This document shows, in pieces, positions 26,078 through 34,984 of a DNA stretch of 64,000 nucleotides. The notes under the pieces are model-generated. The model had not been told where the DNA came from, made no database searches, and worked only from the letters and a program-made list of their open reading frames with translations. The translations under genes were made by a program, and so were the position numbers. Within the stretch, counting starts at the first letter, position 1, and each line of letters opens with the position of its first letter. The stretch spans positions 52,716 through 116,715 of the forward strand of contig CAZTIP010000001.1 of the NCBI GenBank assembly GCA_964613185.1, read 5' to 3'. This DNA comes from Candidatus Woesearchaeota archaeon. Lineage in GTDB: Archaea; Nanobdellota; Nanobdellia; Pacearchaeales; GW2011-AR1.

Positions 26078-26740
26078 ATGGGGAGATTTATAAAACAAAA
26101 CTTTTGGGTAGGGATTTTTTCAATAACCATCTTATTTTTAACAAAATCTCTTCACTCAAATATTCCAGGACATAGTCTTTGGAGGGCGTTGGGAGATACA
26201 AGCTTTATTCTTCTGGCAATAACTCTGGTAATTGGACCTCTTTCAAAAATATGGACCCAAATGGGAAAATTAATTCCTTGGAGAAGAACTTTTGGGGTTT
26301 GGTTTTTTATAACAGCTCTCTTTCACACACTTTTAATTTTTAATGGATGGTTAGAGGGAGATTTAATGAAATTTTTAGGATATACCCTAAGAAAAGGAGA
26401 GTATATCTTAACACAACCCGGATTTGCGTTGGCAAATCTTTTAGGATTGGCCGCATTAATTTTCGCATTAATTTTGACAATAACTTCATTTGACAGGTCA
26501 ATCAAATCACTAGGATATCCTTCGTGGAAATGGATACAAAATTTCATATATGTAATATTTTACCTAACAATTTTCCATATAATTTATTTCATGTTTTTTC
26601 ATTTTGCAAACAAAAGAGATTTGGTGAGTTGGTTTTCTGGAACAAGTTTAATTATAATTTTCATTGTAATCTTTTTACAAATAATCGCATTTTCAAAAAT
26701 TGTAACTCGGAAAAATAAGCTCAAAAAAGTGAAAAGTTAA
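26078..26740 (+). CDS. Polytopic membrane protein, hypothetical (5-6 TM, His-rich helices).
   Basis: ORF with multiple hydrophobic segments. Confidence 0.45.
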   Translation: MGRFIKQNFWVGIFSITILFLTKSLHSNIPGHSLWRALGDTSFILLAITLVIGPLSKIWTQMGKLIPWRRTFGVWFFITALFHTLLIFNGWLEGDLMKFLGYTLRKGEYILTQPGFALANLLGLAALIFALILTITSFDRSIKSLGYPSWKWIQNFIYVIFYLTIFHIIYFMFFHFANKRDLVSWFSGTSLIIIFIVIFLQIIAFSKIVTRKNKLKKVKS

Positions 26741-26757
26741 TGTTCTCGGAAAATTCC

Positions 26758-27048
26758 CTATAATTTTTTCTGGGAATGATATGCATCAAAAGTTAAAAGA
26801 AAAATTGCGAATAATAACAAAGAATCTTTAAAAAATCCAAGGTGGATAAAACGGAAAATTTCAAGAAATTCAACAAAGAAATAAGAAGAAAATAAAATAA
26901 ATGAAATTATGTTTTTTTTAGGTTTGAGACCTTTTTTCTTAAAATTATTAATTTTCAAATAACAAGTAACAGAAAACAAAGATAAAAGTAAACCAACTAT
27001 TACAAAAAGTTTAGCAAAGAACATGTTTAATAAAAGTTGGTGAACCAT
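26758..27048 (-). CDS. Small membrane protein, hypothetical.
   Basis: ORF with 3 TM segments. Confidence 0.35.
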   Translation of the reverse strand: MVHQLLLNMFFAKLFVIVGLLLSLFSVTCYLKINNFKKKGLKPKKNIISFILFSSYFFVEFLEIFRFIHLGFFKDSLLLFAIFLLTFDAYHSQKKL

Positions 27049-27092
27049 AGTGTAACTTATTAAATATAATTCAATATAAAAACATTTCTATT

Positions 27093-27623
27093 TTAAGAGG
27101 GGTGAAATTTTTTATGAACATTATAAAATAAAATTAAAAAAATTAAAAAAATTAAAAACATTAAGATAAAAATCCAAAGAATAAAATTAAGTTCATAATC
27201 GCCCATTTTTTCAACATAAATCATCAACCTAGAAGAACCAAAAAAATTATTTTCAGAAACAGAAACTTCAACATAATAAAATCCTTCATCCACATTTTCT
27301 TGAAGAGTTAACTTATGAGTTTTAGTTAATGTATGGTGAAGTGCAGCGGTTTCCCTAAATTCATAAATCTTTTCAGTCATTTTTTCATTCCAAATAATAT
27401 AATCAATAAAAACATCTCTAACAATTTCTGTTCCTCCAACTCTTTTTACATTTAAAATAACGATAAATTCATCACCTACATTTACACTTTTTTCAGGGAA
27501 TATTTTCAAACCAACATCAAAATACTCTCCATTTCCTTCAGGAGAGACACTATTAGAGCTAACAAGTGTACTAAAAAATAAAATTCCAAATATAAATAAG
27601 TACACAAATTTTTTAAATTCCAT
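27093..27623 (-). CDS. Secreted protein with a C-terminal TM anchor, hypothetical.
   Basis: Signal peptide plus a C-terminal hydrophobic segment. Confidence 0.45.
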   Translation of the reverse strand: MEFKKFVYLFIFGILFFSTLVSSNSVSPEGNGEYFDVGLKIFPEKSVNVGDEFIVILNVKRVGGTEIVRDVFIDYIIWNEKMTEKIYEFRETAALHHTLTKTHKLTLQENVDEGFYYVEVSVSENNFFGSSRLMIYVEKMGDYELNFILWIFILMFLIFLIFLILFYNVHKKFHPS

Positions 27624-27624
27624 T

Positions 27625-29241
27625 TTAGCTACTCTTTTGAAGACTTTTATGATTTAAAACTTTTCTATATATGTTTTTTAAAATTTTAAAGAGAAAAATT
27701 GATAAAATCAACAATAAGATAACGGTTACTATATAGATTCTATTAAATGGAGATTTACCGTCTTCAGAAATCCTTTGTAAAACTTTAAATTGGGAAGTGC
27801 TTTGAGCAAATCTTCCATTTTTATATGTTAATCCTACCTCTAAAGTGTAAATGCCCTCATCCAGATTATTAGGAAAATTTATTGTTTTGATAAATTCCTG
27901 TCCAAGTTCTATATTTAAGATTTCAGTTTCATTATAGATTGTTGTATTTTCTTTAGAAATAAGATAATTAATTGAAGCATTGGTGGTTTCATTTGAAGCA
28001 TAAATTTTTAACAAATCGACTTCAAAAAAAAGTTCATTTTCTCCAAAAGACAATTCCTTACTTATTTCAAGAATATTTATTGAAACATCAAAAAGCGCAA
28101 TAGGGGGTGAAGCCAAAATTTCACATTCTCTCTCAGTTTCGGGAGGATTATTAGTTGATGAACAACTCCCCAAATTTTCACATTCTCTAATTTGAATATT
28201 TTTAATTAAATCACATTCTCCCCATTCACCACAACTCCAATTAAAGTTACATGAGCCAGAACCACCCCCTCCAGAAGATCCTGAAGAGGGAGTTTCAGGT
28301 TCGGTAAAATTATAATCAATACTAACATTATAAAGTTCTGGAGAATAAGTTACGTTATCAGTTTCAAACAAAAATTTGTATTGGAAGTATTGGTTATCTA
28401 CAACACTTAAGGAAAGAGAGGAATCTCCGGTTATATCTGTAAAATTTTCCCCATCACAAGAAGAATCGTCACAACTTCTAACACTTAAATTCAACTCAAG
28501 AATTCCACGTTTATAATGTTCTAATATTTCTCCAGAAGATAATGTCCGGTTATAAATTGCAACTTCATCTAACAACCCATCCCAAGAAGTTGTAGGGGGG
28601 TTTCGAGTATTTGCTCCAATACTAGTTTTTTGATTTCCACAACCGGAAGGTATTGAAGAAGTAGTAGTGCTATTTGTTGCAAGAACCCCATCGATATATA
28701 TTTTTTTCTCTACATTGTGTTCTAAGGTATAGGCGAGGTGATACCACCTACCTGTAGATAAAGTTTCTGTAGATTTTAATCCAACAGAACTGCCTCCACA
28801 AGTTTCATAAGTGCTAAAAAGAACGGTATTATCTGTTTGCATTCCCACTTGAAAATTCTTTTTAGCAGAAGCCTCCTGTCTAGCTACAATTAATTTATTA
28901 TTGCCTGGATTAATATTATTTAGGTATGCCCATGCAGAAATTGTAAGGTTTTCTCCACCAAAACTATCATCATTTATAGAACCTTCAACGTAATCTCCAG
29001 CACCATCAAAACTCATTGAAGAGGCTCCAAATATTTTATTAGAAGTATCTGGGGCAACATCTCCTACGATAGTCCCATTATTTCCATTTCCAGAAAAATC
29101 ATAAATATGTGTTGAATTTTCTCCAAAATCTGAATCGTTATTAAAATGCATTAACAAAATATTTTTAGACATATTACTCAAATTAATAAAATCTCCATTG
29201 TCGGTTCCCTGATTATTTGGAAGTTCAGAATTATAAATCAA
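27625..29241 (-). CDS. Cell-surface LamG-like (concanavalin-A-like lectin) domain protein with a Cys-rich module and a C-terminal TM anchor. The ORF-track start is TTG. The frame continues upstream across an in-frame TAG into 29305..29532.
   Basis: LamG-type pattern ...SMSFDGAGDYVEG...TISAWAY...WYHLAYT...IYIDGVL...LDEVAIYNRTLSSGEI... Gly/Ser linker, Cys cluster, and a C-terminal hydrophobic helix. Confidence 0.65.
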   Translation of the reverse strand: MIYNSELPNNQGTDNGDFINLSNMSKNILLMHFNNDSDFGENSTHIYDFSGNGNNGTIVGDVAPDTSNKIFGASSMSFDGAGDYVEGSINDDSFGGENLTISAWAYLNNINPGNNKLIVARQEASAKKNFQVGMQTDNTVLFSTYETCGGSSVGLKSTETLSTGRWYHLAYTLEHNVEKKIYIDGVLATNSTTTSSIPSGCGNQKTSIGANTRNPPTTSWDGLLDEVAIYNRTLSSGEILEHYKRGILELNLSVRSCDDSSCDGENFTDITGDSSLSLSVVDNQYFQYKFLFETDNVTYSPELYNVSIDYNFTEPETPSSGSSGGGGSGSCNFNWSCGEWGECDLIKNIQIRECENLGSCSSTNNPPETERECEILASPPIALFDVSINILEISKELSFGENELFFEVDLLKIYASNETTNASINYLISKENTTIYNETEILNIELGQEFIKTINFPNNLDEGIYTLEVGLTYKNGRFAQSTSQFKVLQRISEDGKSPFNRIYIVTVILLLILSIFLFKILKNIYRKVLNHKSLQKSS

Positions 29242-29304
29242 TTCCTGAAACCAGGTAATATTATTCCAGGTTGCAGTAGCAGTTGCATCAAAAATTTTAC
29301 TAGT

Positions 29305-29532
29305 CTAATTTCCAGCAGAATAAGTAGCATTAAGTTTAACCAAAGAAGAATCGGAATCATAAAAAACATTGGAGTAAGTTCCTTCATTAAAACTAGTCAA
29401 ATTAATTGTTTGAAAAATAGAAGCTCCGGTAATTGATAGAAGAAGGATAAAAACAAAAGAAAAAAACAAAATAAAAATTATTCCCAAATTATTTCTCCCC
29501 CAGCTAAAAATCTTCATCAACAAATAATGCAA
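29305..29532 (-). pseudogene. N-terminal signal-peptide fragment, in the same frame as the LamG protein and separated from it only by TAG (29305-29307). The gene is either disrupted by a nonsense mutation or read through.
   Basis: The frame was checked by hand. ...YSAGN-TAG-TSKIFDATATATWNNITWFQE-LIYNSELP... Confidence 0.45.
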
Positions 29533-29566
29533 ATTACATATTTAAAGATAGTGATATTTCTAAAGG

Positions 29567-30277
29567 TTAAATCTTCTTACCCTTGCGAGTAACTTTTTCA
29601 AGTTTTCCATCCCGTAACCAATAAACAACATCTGCGTGCCTATTTGCAATAACTGCATCGTGAGTAATCATAATAACTGTTTTTCCTTGACGATTCAAAT
29701 TATCCAAAAACTTCAAAACAATTTCCCCAGTTTTTGTATCCAAATTTCCTGTAGGTTCGTCTGCTAAAATAACTTCAGGGTCATTCGCCAAACTACGAGA
29801 AATCGCAACCCTTTGCATCTGTCCTCCAGAAAGTTGATTGGGATAATGGTTTGCACGGTCATCTAATTTTACTAATTTCAACAATTTTAATGCCCTTTTC
29901 TCACGTTCTTCAAAAGTTTGACCCATAAACATCATCGGAAGCATCACATTTTCTTTAGCAGTAAGATTTGGAATTAAATTAAACGATTGGAAAATGAAAC
30001 CAATTTTCTTTCCCCTTATTTGAGCCAAATCAGATTCTCCAAATTTAGAAACATCTTCATTTTCCAAATAAATATCTCCACTAGTTGGGACATCAAGACT
30101 CCCGACCAAATTCATTGCAGTAGATTTTCCAGAACCGCTCGGACCCATTATCGCAACAAACTCTCCCCTATAAATCTTAAAATCCAAGTGGTCAAGCGCT
30201 TTAACGACAGAATCCCCCATAAAATAGTGTTTAGAAACATCTCTCAACCGGATAAGTTCCTCTTTTTTAGAAGCCAT
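29567..30277 (-). CDS. ABC transporter ATP-binding protein, MacB/LolD-like.
   Basis: Walker A GPSGSGKST, signature LSGGQMQRVAISRSLA, Walker B ILADEPTGNLD. Confidence 0.9.
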   Translation of the reverse strand: MASKKEELIRLRDVSKHYFMGDSVVKALDHLDFKIYRGEFVAIMGPSGSGKSTAMNLVGSLDVPTSGDIYLENEDVSKFGESDLAQIRGKKIGFIFQSFNLIPNLTAKENVMLPMMFMGQTFEEREKRALKLLKLVKLDDRANHYPNQLSGGQMQRVAISRSLANDPEVILADEPTGNLDTKTGEIVLKFLDNLNRQGKTVIMITHDAVIANRHADVVYWLRDGKLEKVTRKGKKI

Positions 30278-30358
30278 AAAATAAACAAAAAAACGAGATA
30301 TATAAATTTTTTCAAACCAAACAATAAACTTTAAATAGCCAAATTTCGCTACTCAATT

Positions 30359-30556
30359 ATGATAATCCCCATAAGATGCTTCAGTTGTGGAAAACCAATA
30401 GCACATTTATACACAAAATACAAAGAATTAGTGGAATCTGGGAAAACCCAAAAAGAAGCTTTAGATGAACTTTCTGTAAAAAGATATTGTTGCAGGGCAC
30501 AATTCCTGGGACAAACAGATACCTTAGAGTTAATTAATAAATTCAAAAAATTCTAA
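30359..30556 (+). CDS. rpoN: RNA polymerase subunit Rpo10 (N).
   Basis: MIIPIRCFSCGKPIAHLY...RYCCRAQFLGQTD matches Rpo10/RPB10. Confidence 0.85.
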   Translation: MIIPIRCFSCGKPIAHLYTKYKELVESGKTQKEALDELSVKRYCCRAQFLGQTDTLELINKFKKF

Positions 30557-30582
30557 TATTTTATTAAAAAATAAAATTTAAA

Positions 30583-30948
30583 TTACATACTTTTATCTAT
30601 TTTTCTTTTAAGAATTTCTTCAATATTTCTTGCAATATGCTCGGCCCTAGAACGGGCAGAATGATTAACGATATTTTCAATAGGTCCTGGTTGAAAATTA
30701 TAGCTCATAAAATCTATGACTTTCCCATCACGGATTAAAACATGACCTGTTCTTTCAATTTCGCCCTCATAAAGCCCCCCGTCTTCGCGAAAAATTTCAT
30801 AACGAAAGCCCATATCACCAGATTTCATATCTCCATTCCAATAATTAGTTTCATTTAACAAATCTCTAGATAATCTGATATAGGCATTTTTATCAAAATC
30901 TTTTCCAAGTTCCTCGGAGCAAGGCTCTTCAAAATCATAAGATTTCAT
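30583..30948 (-). CDS. Hypothetical protein (121 aa).
   Basis: Clean ORF. Confidence 0.4.
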   Translation of the reverse strand: MKSYDFEEPCSEELGKDFDKNAYIRLSRDLLNETNYWNGDMKSGDMGFRYEIFREDGGLYEGEIERTGHVLIRDGKVIDFMSYNFQPGPIENIVNHSARSRAEHIARNIEEILKRKIDKSM

Positions 30949-31028
30949 ATAAAAAAATAGGATTCAAAGTTTATAAATAATTCGTAGGAAAAATACCTTA
31001 ATTATTTTAAGAAAAATAAATAAAAAAT

Positions 31029-31135
31029 AGACAGCTCCGTGTTTTCCCATCAAAGACAGTACAGACACGAACATAACAAGCTTAACTTCTGAGTTCGGAA
31101 CGGGATCAGGTGTAACCAAGTTATTATGGCCGTCT
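31029..31135 (-). rRNA. 5S rRNA, stand-alone. The ends are approximate, within a few nt.
   Basis: Minus strand ...CACCTGATCCCGTTCCGAACTCAGAAGTTAAGC... is the 5S loop B/helix III signature. The terminal helix is AGACGGC/GCTGTCT. A TTTATAAAT TATA box sits about 25 nt upstream. Confidence 0.8.
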
Positions 31136-31177
31136 AATTCTAAGACAAAATTTCAATTTATAAATCTTACTACTTGG

Positions 31178-32581
31178 CTAATTTTTATCTAAATCTTCTT
31201 CAACAACTTTTCCAGTAATCCTTTCAGAAAACAATGAATTTCCAAAATCAGAAATAATTCCAACCATCAAAGAAAAAAGACTTTGTCGAACGATTGGCTC
31301 ATCCGATACCTTTTCATCAACATTATCTTTTTCATCAAGAATACCCTTTCCATCATCAAAAATTTTATCATCCTCTAAATTCAAATCGTCACCAATTTCG
31401 TTAATTTTTATAACTTTTCGTTCAAAATATTTAAAATCTGGCTTTCCAAATTTGTTAACATCTTCTAAAGAAAGTTTTTCATCAACTCTTTTTTCAAAAA
31501 GATGTTTATTTTCATCCGTCAAAATTGCCAAATCAGTACTCCTTAATTTAATCCCGTCTTTAATTTTACTAACAGGGATTTTTAAAAAAATATCTCTATC
31601 GGCTTCATAAGTTTTCCCATTAATTTCTCCGGCAGGATTGGGGAGTGTTGTAAAAATCAAATCCTTATTATATTCTCCTTTCAAAAAAACAGAATCATCT
31701 TCAGCAAGTACTAAATATTCCGTATCTCCATATCCAGAGGTTCCAGAACAGCCACTATGAATCGATTTAGAAATTTTTCCTTTTTCCAGTTCCACAAGAT
31801 AATACTCGCTTTCAGAACAATCAAAATCTGAAGAAATAGCATTACCTGTAATGAAAAGATTAGATTCAATAACTTCGTCACCAATTCTTTCAAGGATAAA
31901 ATTATTATTCAAAAAACCATAATCACGAACATTTAGGGTTCTCATAACAGATTCAAATGAAGAACGATAATAATTAGATTTAGTGCATCCTTCAAAACAT
32001 TCAACTTCTTCCTCAAAATCTGTGCATGAAGAAACACAATTCTTAGCCTTCGAAGGAATTTTCGCACTTTCATCTACATATTCTTCAGCAAAGTTAGCAA
32101 AAACATGGCCAAATTCATGCAAGAAAACGGATTTTGGATGATTCGAATTAATACTCATAACATTCATAAAAGCAGAACTTCTAATCTGCGGAGGGTGATC
32201 TTCCAAAACAATAATATAGTCATTAGGGCAAATGGAAGATTTTTTAACTAATTCCCGAGAATAACAATAAAAAATTTCCCCATCATATAATTCACATTCA
32301 GGAAAATAATCTTCAATATAAAAAAAATTAAAACTATCTAATTTACTATTAAATGGTTCGGATTCAAGAAAATAATCCATATAATCCTTAGCAATTTTCT
32401 TTTCGGAAAAAAACAAGAGATTAATACCTTCCCCATTTTTTTGAAGAGTATTGCATCCCTCAAGAATTTCAGATTTAGAAGAATCTGGAGAAAGAGAAGG
32501 AGAGTCACCTATAAAAATTCCATAAATTAAGAAAGAAAATAGGACTACAATCCAAAAAAACAAAAATAATTTTTTATTCAT
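31178..32581 (-). CDS. Secreted zinc metalloprotease (HExxH).
   Basis: Signal peptide MNKKLFLFFWIVVLFSFLIYG (start moved to the internal ATG). Motif VFLHEFGHVF. Confidence 0.6.
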   Translation of the reverse strand: MNKKLFLFFWIVVLFSFLIYGIFIGDSPSLSPDSSKSEILEGCNTLQKNGEGINLLFFSEKKIAKDYMDYFLESEPFNSKLDSFNFFYIEDYFPECELYDGEIFYCYSRELVKKSSICPNDYIIVLEDHPPQIRSSAFMNVMSINSNHPKSVFLHEFGHVFANFAEEYVDESAKIPSKAKNCVSSCTDFEEEVECFEGCTKSNYYRSSFESVMRTLNVRDYGFLNNNFILERIGDEVIESNLFITGNAISSDFDCSESEYYLVELEKGKISKSIHSGCSGTSGYGDTEYLVLAEDDSVFLKGEYNKDLIFTTLPNPAGEINGKTYEADRDIFLKIPVSKIKDGIKLRSTDLAILTDENKHLFEKRVDEKLSLEDVNKFGKPDFKYFERKVIKINEIGDDLNLEDDKIFDDGKGILDEKDNVDEKVSDEPIVRQSLFSLMVGIISDFGNSLFSERITGKVVEEDLDKN

Positions 32582-32631
32582 AAATTTAATTAGAAAATTG
32601 GATTTATATAATTTAACCTTAGTAAATAAAT

Positions 32632-32760
32632 CGTTAGCTTCTTTGAAGTGCACCCTTGTCCTTTAGGATACGCCCTGGCGGAACCGTTAGTTCAAATCCA
32701 ACGCTCTCGGCAGGATTCGTTGCGAGCCTGAGAGAAACGAGTTAGCTTCTTTGAAGCGCC
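32632..32760. repeat. ~107-bp tandem duplication containing a partial tRNA-Arg 3' end plus its trailer (CCGTTAGTTCAAATCCAACGCTCTCGGCAGGA, x2). It is a pseudo-tRNA/minihelix remnant.
   Basis: Direct repeats read from the sequence: TTAGCTTCTTTGAAG(T/C)GC and GAACCGTTAGTTCAAATCCAACGCTCTCGGCAGGA each occur twice. Confidence 0.6.
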
Positions 32761-32785
32761 TCTTGAACCGTTAGTTCAAATCCAA

Positions 32786-32861
32786 CGCTCTCGGCAGGAT
32801 TTGAACCTGCGACTTCTTCCTTAGGAGGGAAGCACTCTAATCCAGGCTGAGTTACGAGAGC
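32786..32861 (-). tRNA. tRNA-Arg (anticodon CCT).
   Basis: Hand fold. Acceptor GCTCTCG/CGAGAGC. D-stem ACTC/GAGT. Anticodon stem CTTCC/GGAAG with loop CTCCTAA. T-arm GCAGG-TTCAAAT-CCTGC. Confidence 0.85.
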
Positions 32862-32985
32862 AATAAAGTTCGAATTCTCCAACAACCGAATTAACGGAGC
32901 AGGATTCATCGAGGGCCTGCGAACGATGAGTGAACCTTTTTCAAAGGTACTCTCGAATCAAGTTCGAATTCTTCGACAACCGAAT

Positions 32986-33069
32986 GGGCGGAGAAGGATT
33001 CGAACCCTCGTAGGCACTAAGCCAACAGATCTTGAGTCTGCCCCGTTTGACCACTCCGGCATCCGCCCG
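32986..33069 (-). tRNA. tRNA-Leu (anticodon CAA), class II, copy B.
   Basis: Same body as 18800-18883. Anticodon stem-loop GCAGA-CTCAAGA-TCTGT. Confidence 0.85.
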
Positions 33070-33209
33070 CGAATTTAAATGAAGGATGTTGGACTCGAAG
33101 CGATTTCCCATCGCTACTTTCCGGCATCCACTCACGAATTCAAGAGGGGACATTGGACCTGAAGAGATTTTTTCTCGCTACTTTCTGGCATCCCCCAACA
33201 AAAACAAAA
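33070..33209. repeat. Two tandem ~60-nt tRNA-5'-like structured units upstream of tRNA-Leu. Minus strand: GGGGGATGCCAGAAAGTAGCGAGAAAAAATCTCTTCAGGTCCAATGTCCCC and GGATGCCGGAAAGTAGCGATGGGAAATCGCTTCGAGTCCAACATCC.
   Basis: The units share GGATGCC(A/G)GAAAGTAGCGA...TTC(A/G)(A/G)GTCCAA. The terminal stems (GGGGGA/TCCCCC versus GGATG/CATCC) and the internal hairpins (GAGA/TCTC versus AGCGAT/ATCGCT) differ in sequence but preserve pairing. Confidence 0.5.
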
Positions 33210-33280
33210 TGCGCGGACGGGGATTCGAACCCCGGTCATTTGGTTGGAAGCCAAAGATTCTGCCACTAAACTATCCACGC
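33210..33280 (-). tRNA. tRNA-Gly (anticodon TCC).
   Basis: Acceptor GCGTGGA/TCCGCGC with discriminator A. Anticodon stem TTTGG/CCAAA with loop CTTCCAA. T-arm CGGGG-TTCGAAT-CCCCG. Confidence 0.85.
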
Positions 33281-33456
33281 AGTTTTGCCTTTAGCGAAGA
33301 TTATTTTTGAAACGATTTCAAATCGAGTAACTAAACATCAACGCACAAAATAATCACCTAATTTAGGGTTTTAAAGTTTATGTTTTAGAGAAAAATAAAC
33401 AATAAGTATAAATACTAAAAAATCATTAAAATAATACTATTTGAAAGGAGGATACA

Positions 33457-33906
33457 ATGAACAAAAATCAAACATTAAAAACAATAGCGATAGTAATTGC
33501 AACAGTAATTATAGTTTCAATCGCATTAAATGTTTTCAGTGGGGAGCCCCAGACATCTCCTCCCTCATCACCTGATTTAATTATAAGTGATTTTTACAAA
33601 GAATCCTCAAGTTGTACAGGGGGGGTTAATTCCATTTGCAATTTTACATTGTCAGCAATTGTAGAAAATATAGGTGGAAATTCCGCAGAAAGAAATGTTC
33701 TTGAAGCCTCAATAAACGGGGGATTACATAAAGATTATGGACAAATCCCCTCATTAGAGAGCGGACAATCAGCAAAAGTTTTCACAGGATTCTTAAACGT
33801 TCCTCGGGGAAGTTATAATGCAGATTCAAAAGCAGATTATTTAGGTCAGGTAAGTGAATCGGATGAAAACAATAATGAAAGAACATTAAACTTTCAATTA
33901 CCCTAA
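33457..33906 (+). CDS. Membrane-anchored CARDB-like secreted protein.
   Basis: N-terminal TM. ...DLIISDFYKESSSCTGGVNSICNFTLSAIVENIGGNSAERNV... has a CARDB-like pattern. Confidence 0.45.
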   Translation: MNKNQTLKTIAIVIATVIIVSIALNVFSGEPQTSPPSSPDLIISDFYKESSSCTGGVNSICNFTLSAIVENIGGNSAERNVLEASINGGLHKDYGQIPSLESGQSAKVFTGFLNVPRGSYNADSKADYLGQVSESDENNNERTLNFQLP

Positions 33907-33964
33907 TTAATTTTATTTTTTTATTTCCACAAACATTTAAAACACCTTTTTTTCTAAAGATTAT

Positions 33965-34984
33965 ATGAAAAATTTTGAACCCTGGTATGATAAAAACTAT
34001 AAAAAGTTGTTAATCGCTCCAATAGTTGTATTAACAATTTCTTTAATTTTTTTAGCATTTTTTTATTCTTCAACAGGAGATATAATTCACAAAGATGTTT
34101 CTCTTACAGGGGGTACAACAATTACAATTTCAACGGAAATTTCTTCAGAAGATTTAGAAGAGTTTATTTCAAAAACAATCTCTGATTTTGAAATAAAAAC
34201 AATTTCGGATAATTCTGGGAATCAAATAGAGTTGATAGTCACTGTAGGCGAGGGAGATTCAGAATCCTTAGAAATTGTTTTGGAAGAATTTTTAGGGTAT
34301 GAATTGAATTCAGAAAACTCTTCAAGAGAAACAACAAGTGCAAGCTTATCTTCAGATTTCTATAAACAATTAATTGTTGCAATCCTTCTAGCATTTTTCT
34401 GGATGGCCGCAGTAGTTTACCTAATTTTTAAAAAAGGTAGGAAAACAAAGGCAAAAATAATTTTTGTGAACATTCTTTTTGGATTCTTCATGGGGAATTA
34501 TTTTTTATCAATAAATAAATTTCTTTCAGGATTAATTTTCCTAATATTCACAATTTATTTAATTTCAACATACATAAAAAATTCAGTTCCAGCTTTCGCA
34601 GTAATGTTTTCTGCTTTCGCAGATATTGTAATGACCTTGGCAGTAGTAGATTTAATCGGGATGAAAATCTCCACTGCAGGAATTGTAGCATTTTTAATGT
34701 TAATTGGTTATTCGGTTGATACAGACATCCTTCTAACTACCAGATTACTTAAGAAAAAAGGAAAGGGAATAAATGAGGCATTATTTGAAGCATTCAAGAC
34801 AGGAACTACAATGACCTTAACATCTATAATCGCAATAACATTCGCATTAATTTCTATCTACTCATTTTCCTCAGTTCTTAATCAAATTTTCACAATCCTA
34901 TTAATAGGTTTAGGATTTGACCTATTCAATACATGGATAACTAATGCTTCAATAATTAAATGGCACGTAGAAACAAAACAATGA
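33965..34984 (+). CDS. secF: Protein-export membrane protein SecF.
   Basis: N-terminal TM, then ...VSLTGGTTITI..., then a C-terminal 5-TM block. Confidence 0.8.
   Translation: MKNFEPWYDKNYKKLLIAPIVVLTISLIFLAFFYSSTGDIIHKDVSLTGGTTITISTEISSEDLEEFISKTISDFEIKTISDNSGNQIELIVTVGEGDSESLEIVLEEFLGYELNSENSSRETTSASLSSDFYKQLIVAILLAFFWMAAVVYLIFKKGRKTKAKIIFVNILFGFFMGNYFLSINKFLSGLIFLIFTIYLISTYIKNSVPAFAVMFSAFADIVMTLAVVDLIGMKISTAGIVAFLMLIGYSVDTDILLTTRLLKKKGKGINEALFEAFKTGTTMTLTSIIAITFALISIYSFSSVLNQIFTILLIGLGFDLFNTWITNASIIKWHVETKQ

Noticed and set aside
29305-29307. The in-frame TAG in the LamG gene as a pyrrolysine codon.
   Set aside because: No pylTSBCD genes are seen. TAG is used as an ordinary terminator elsewhere, for example at the HNH gene end 13973-13975. 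A nonsense mutation or an assembly error is more parsimonious.
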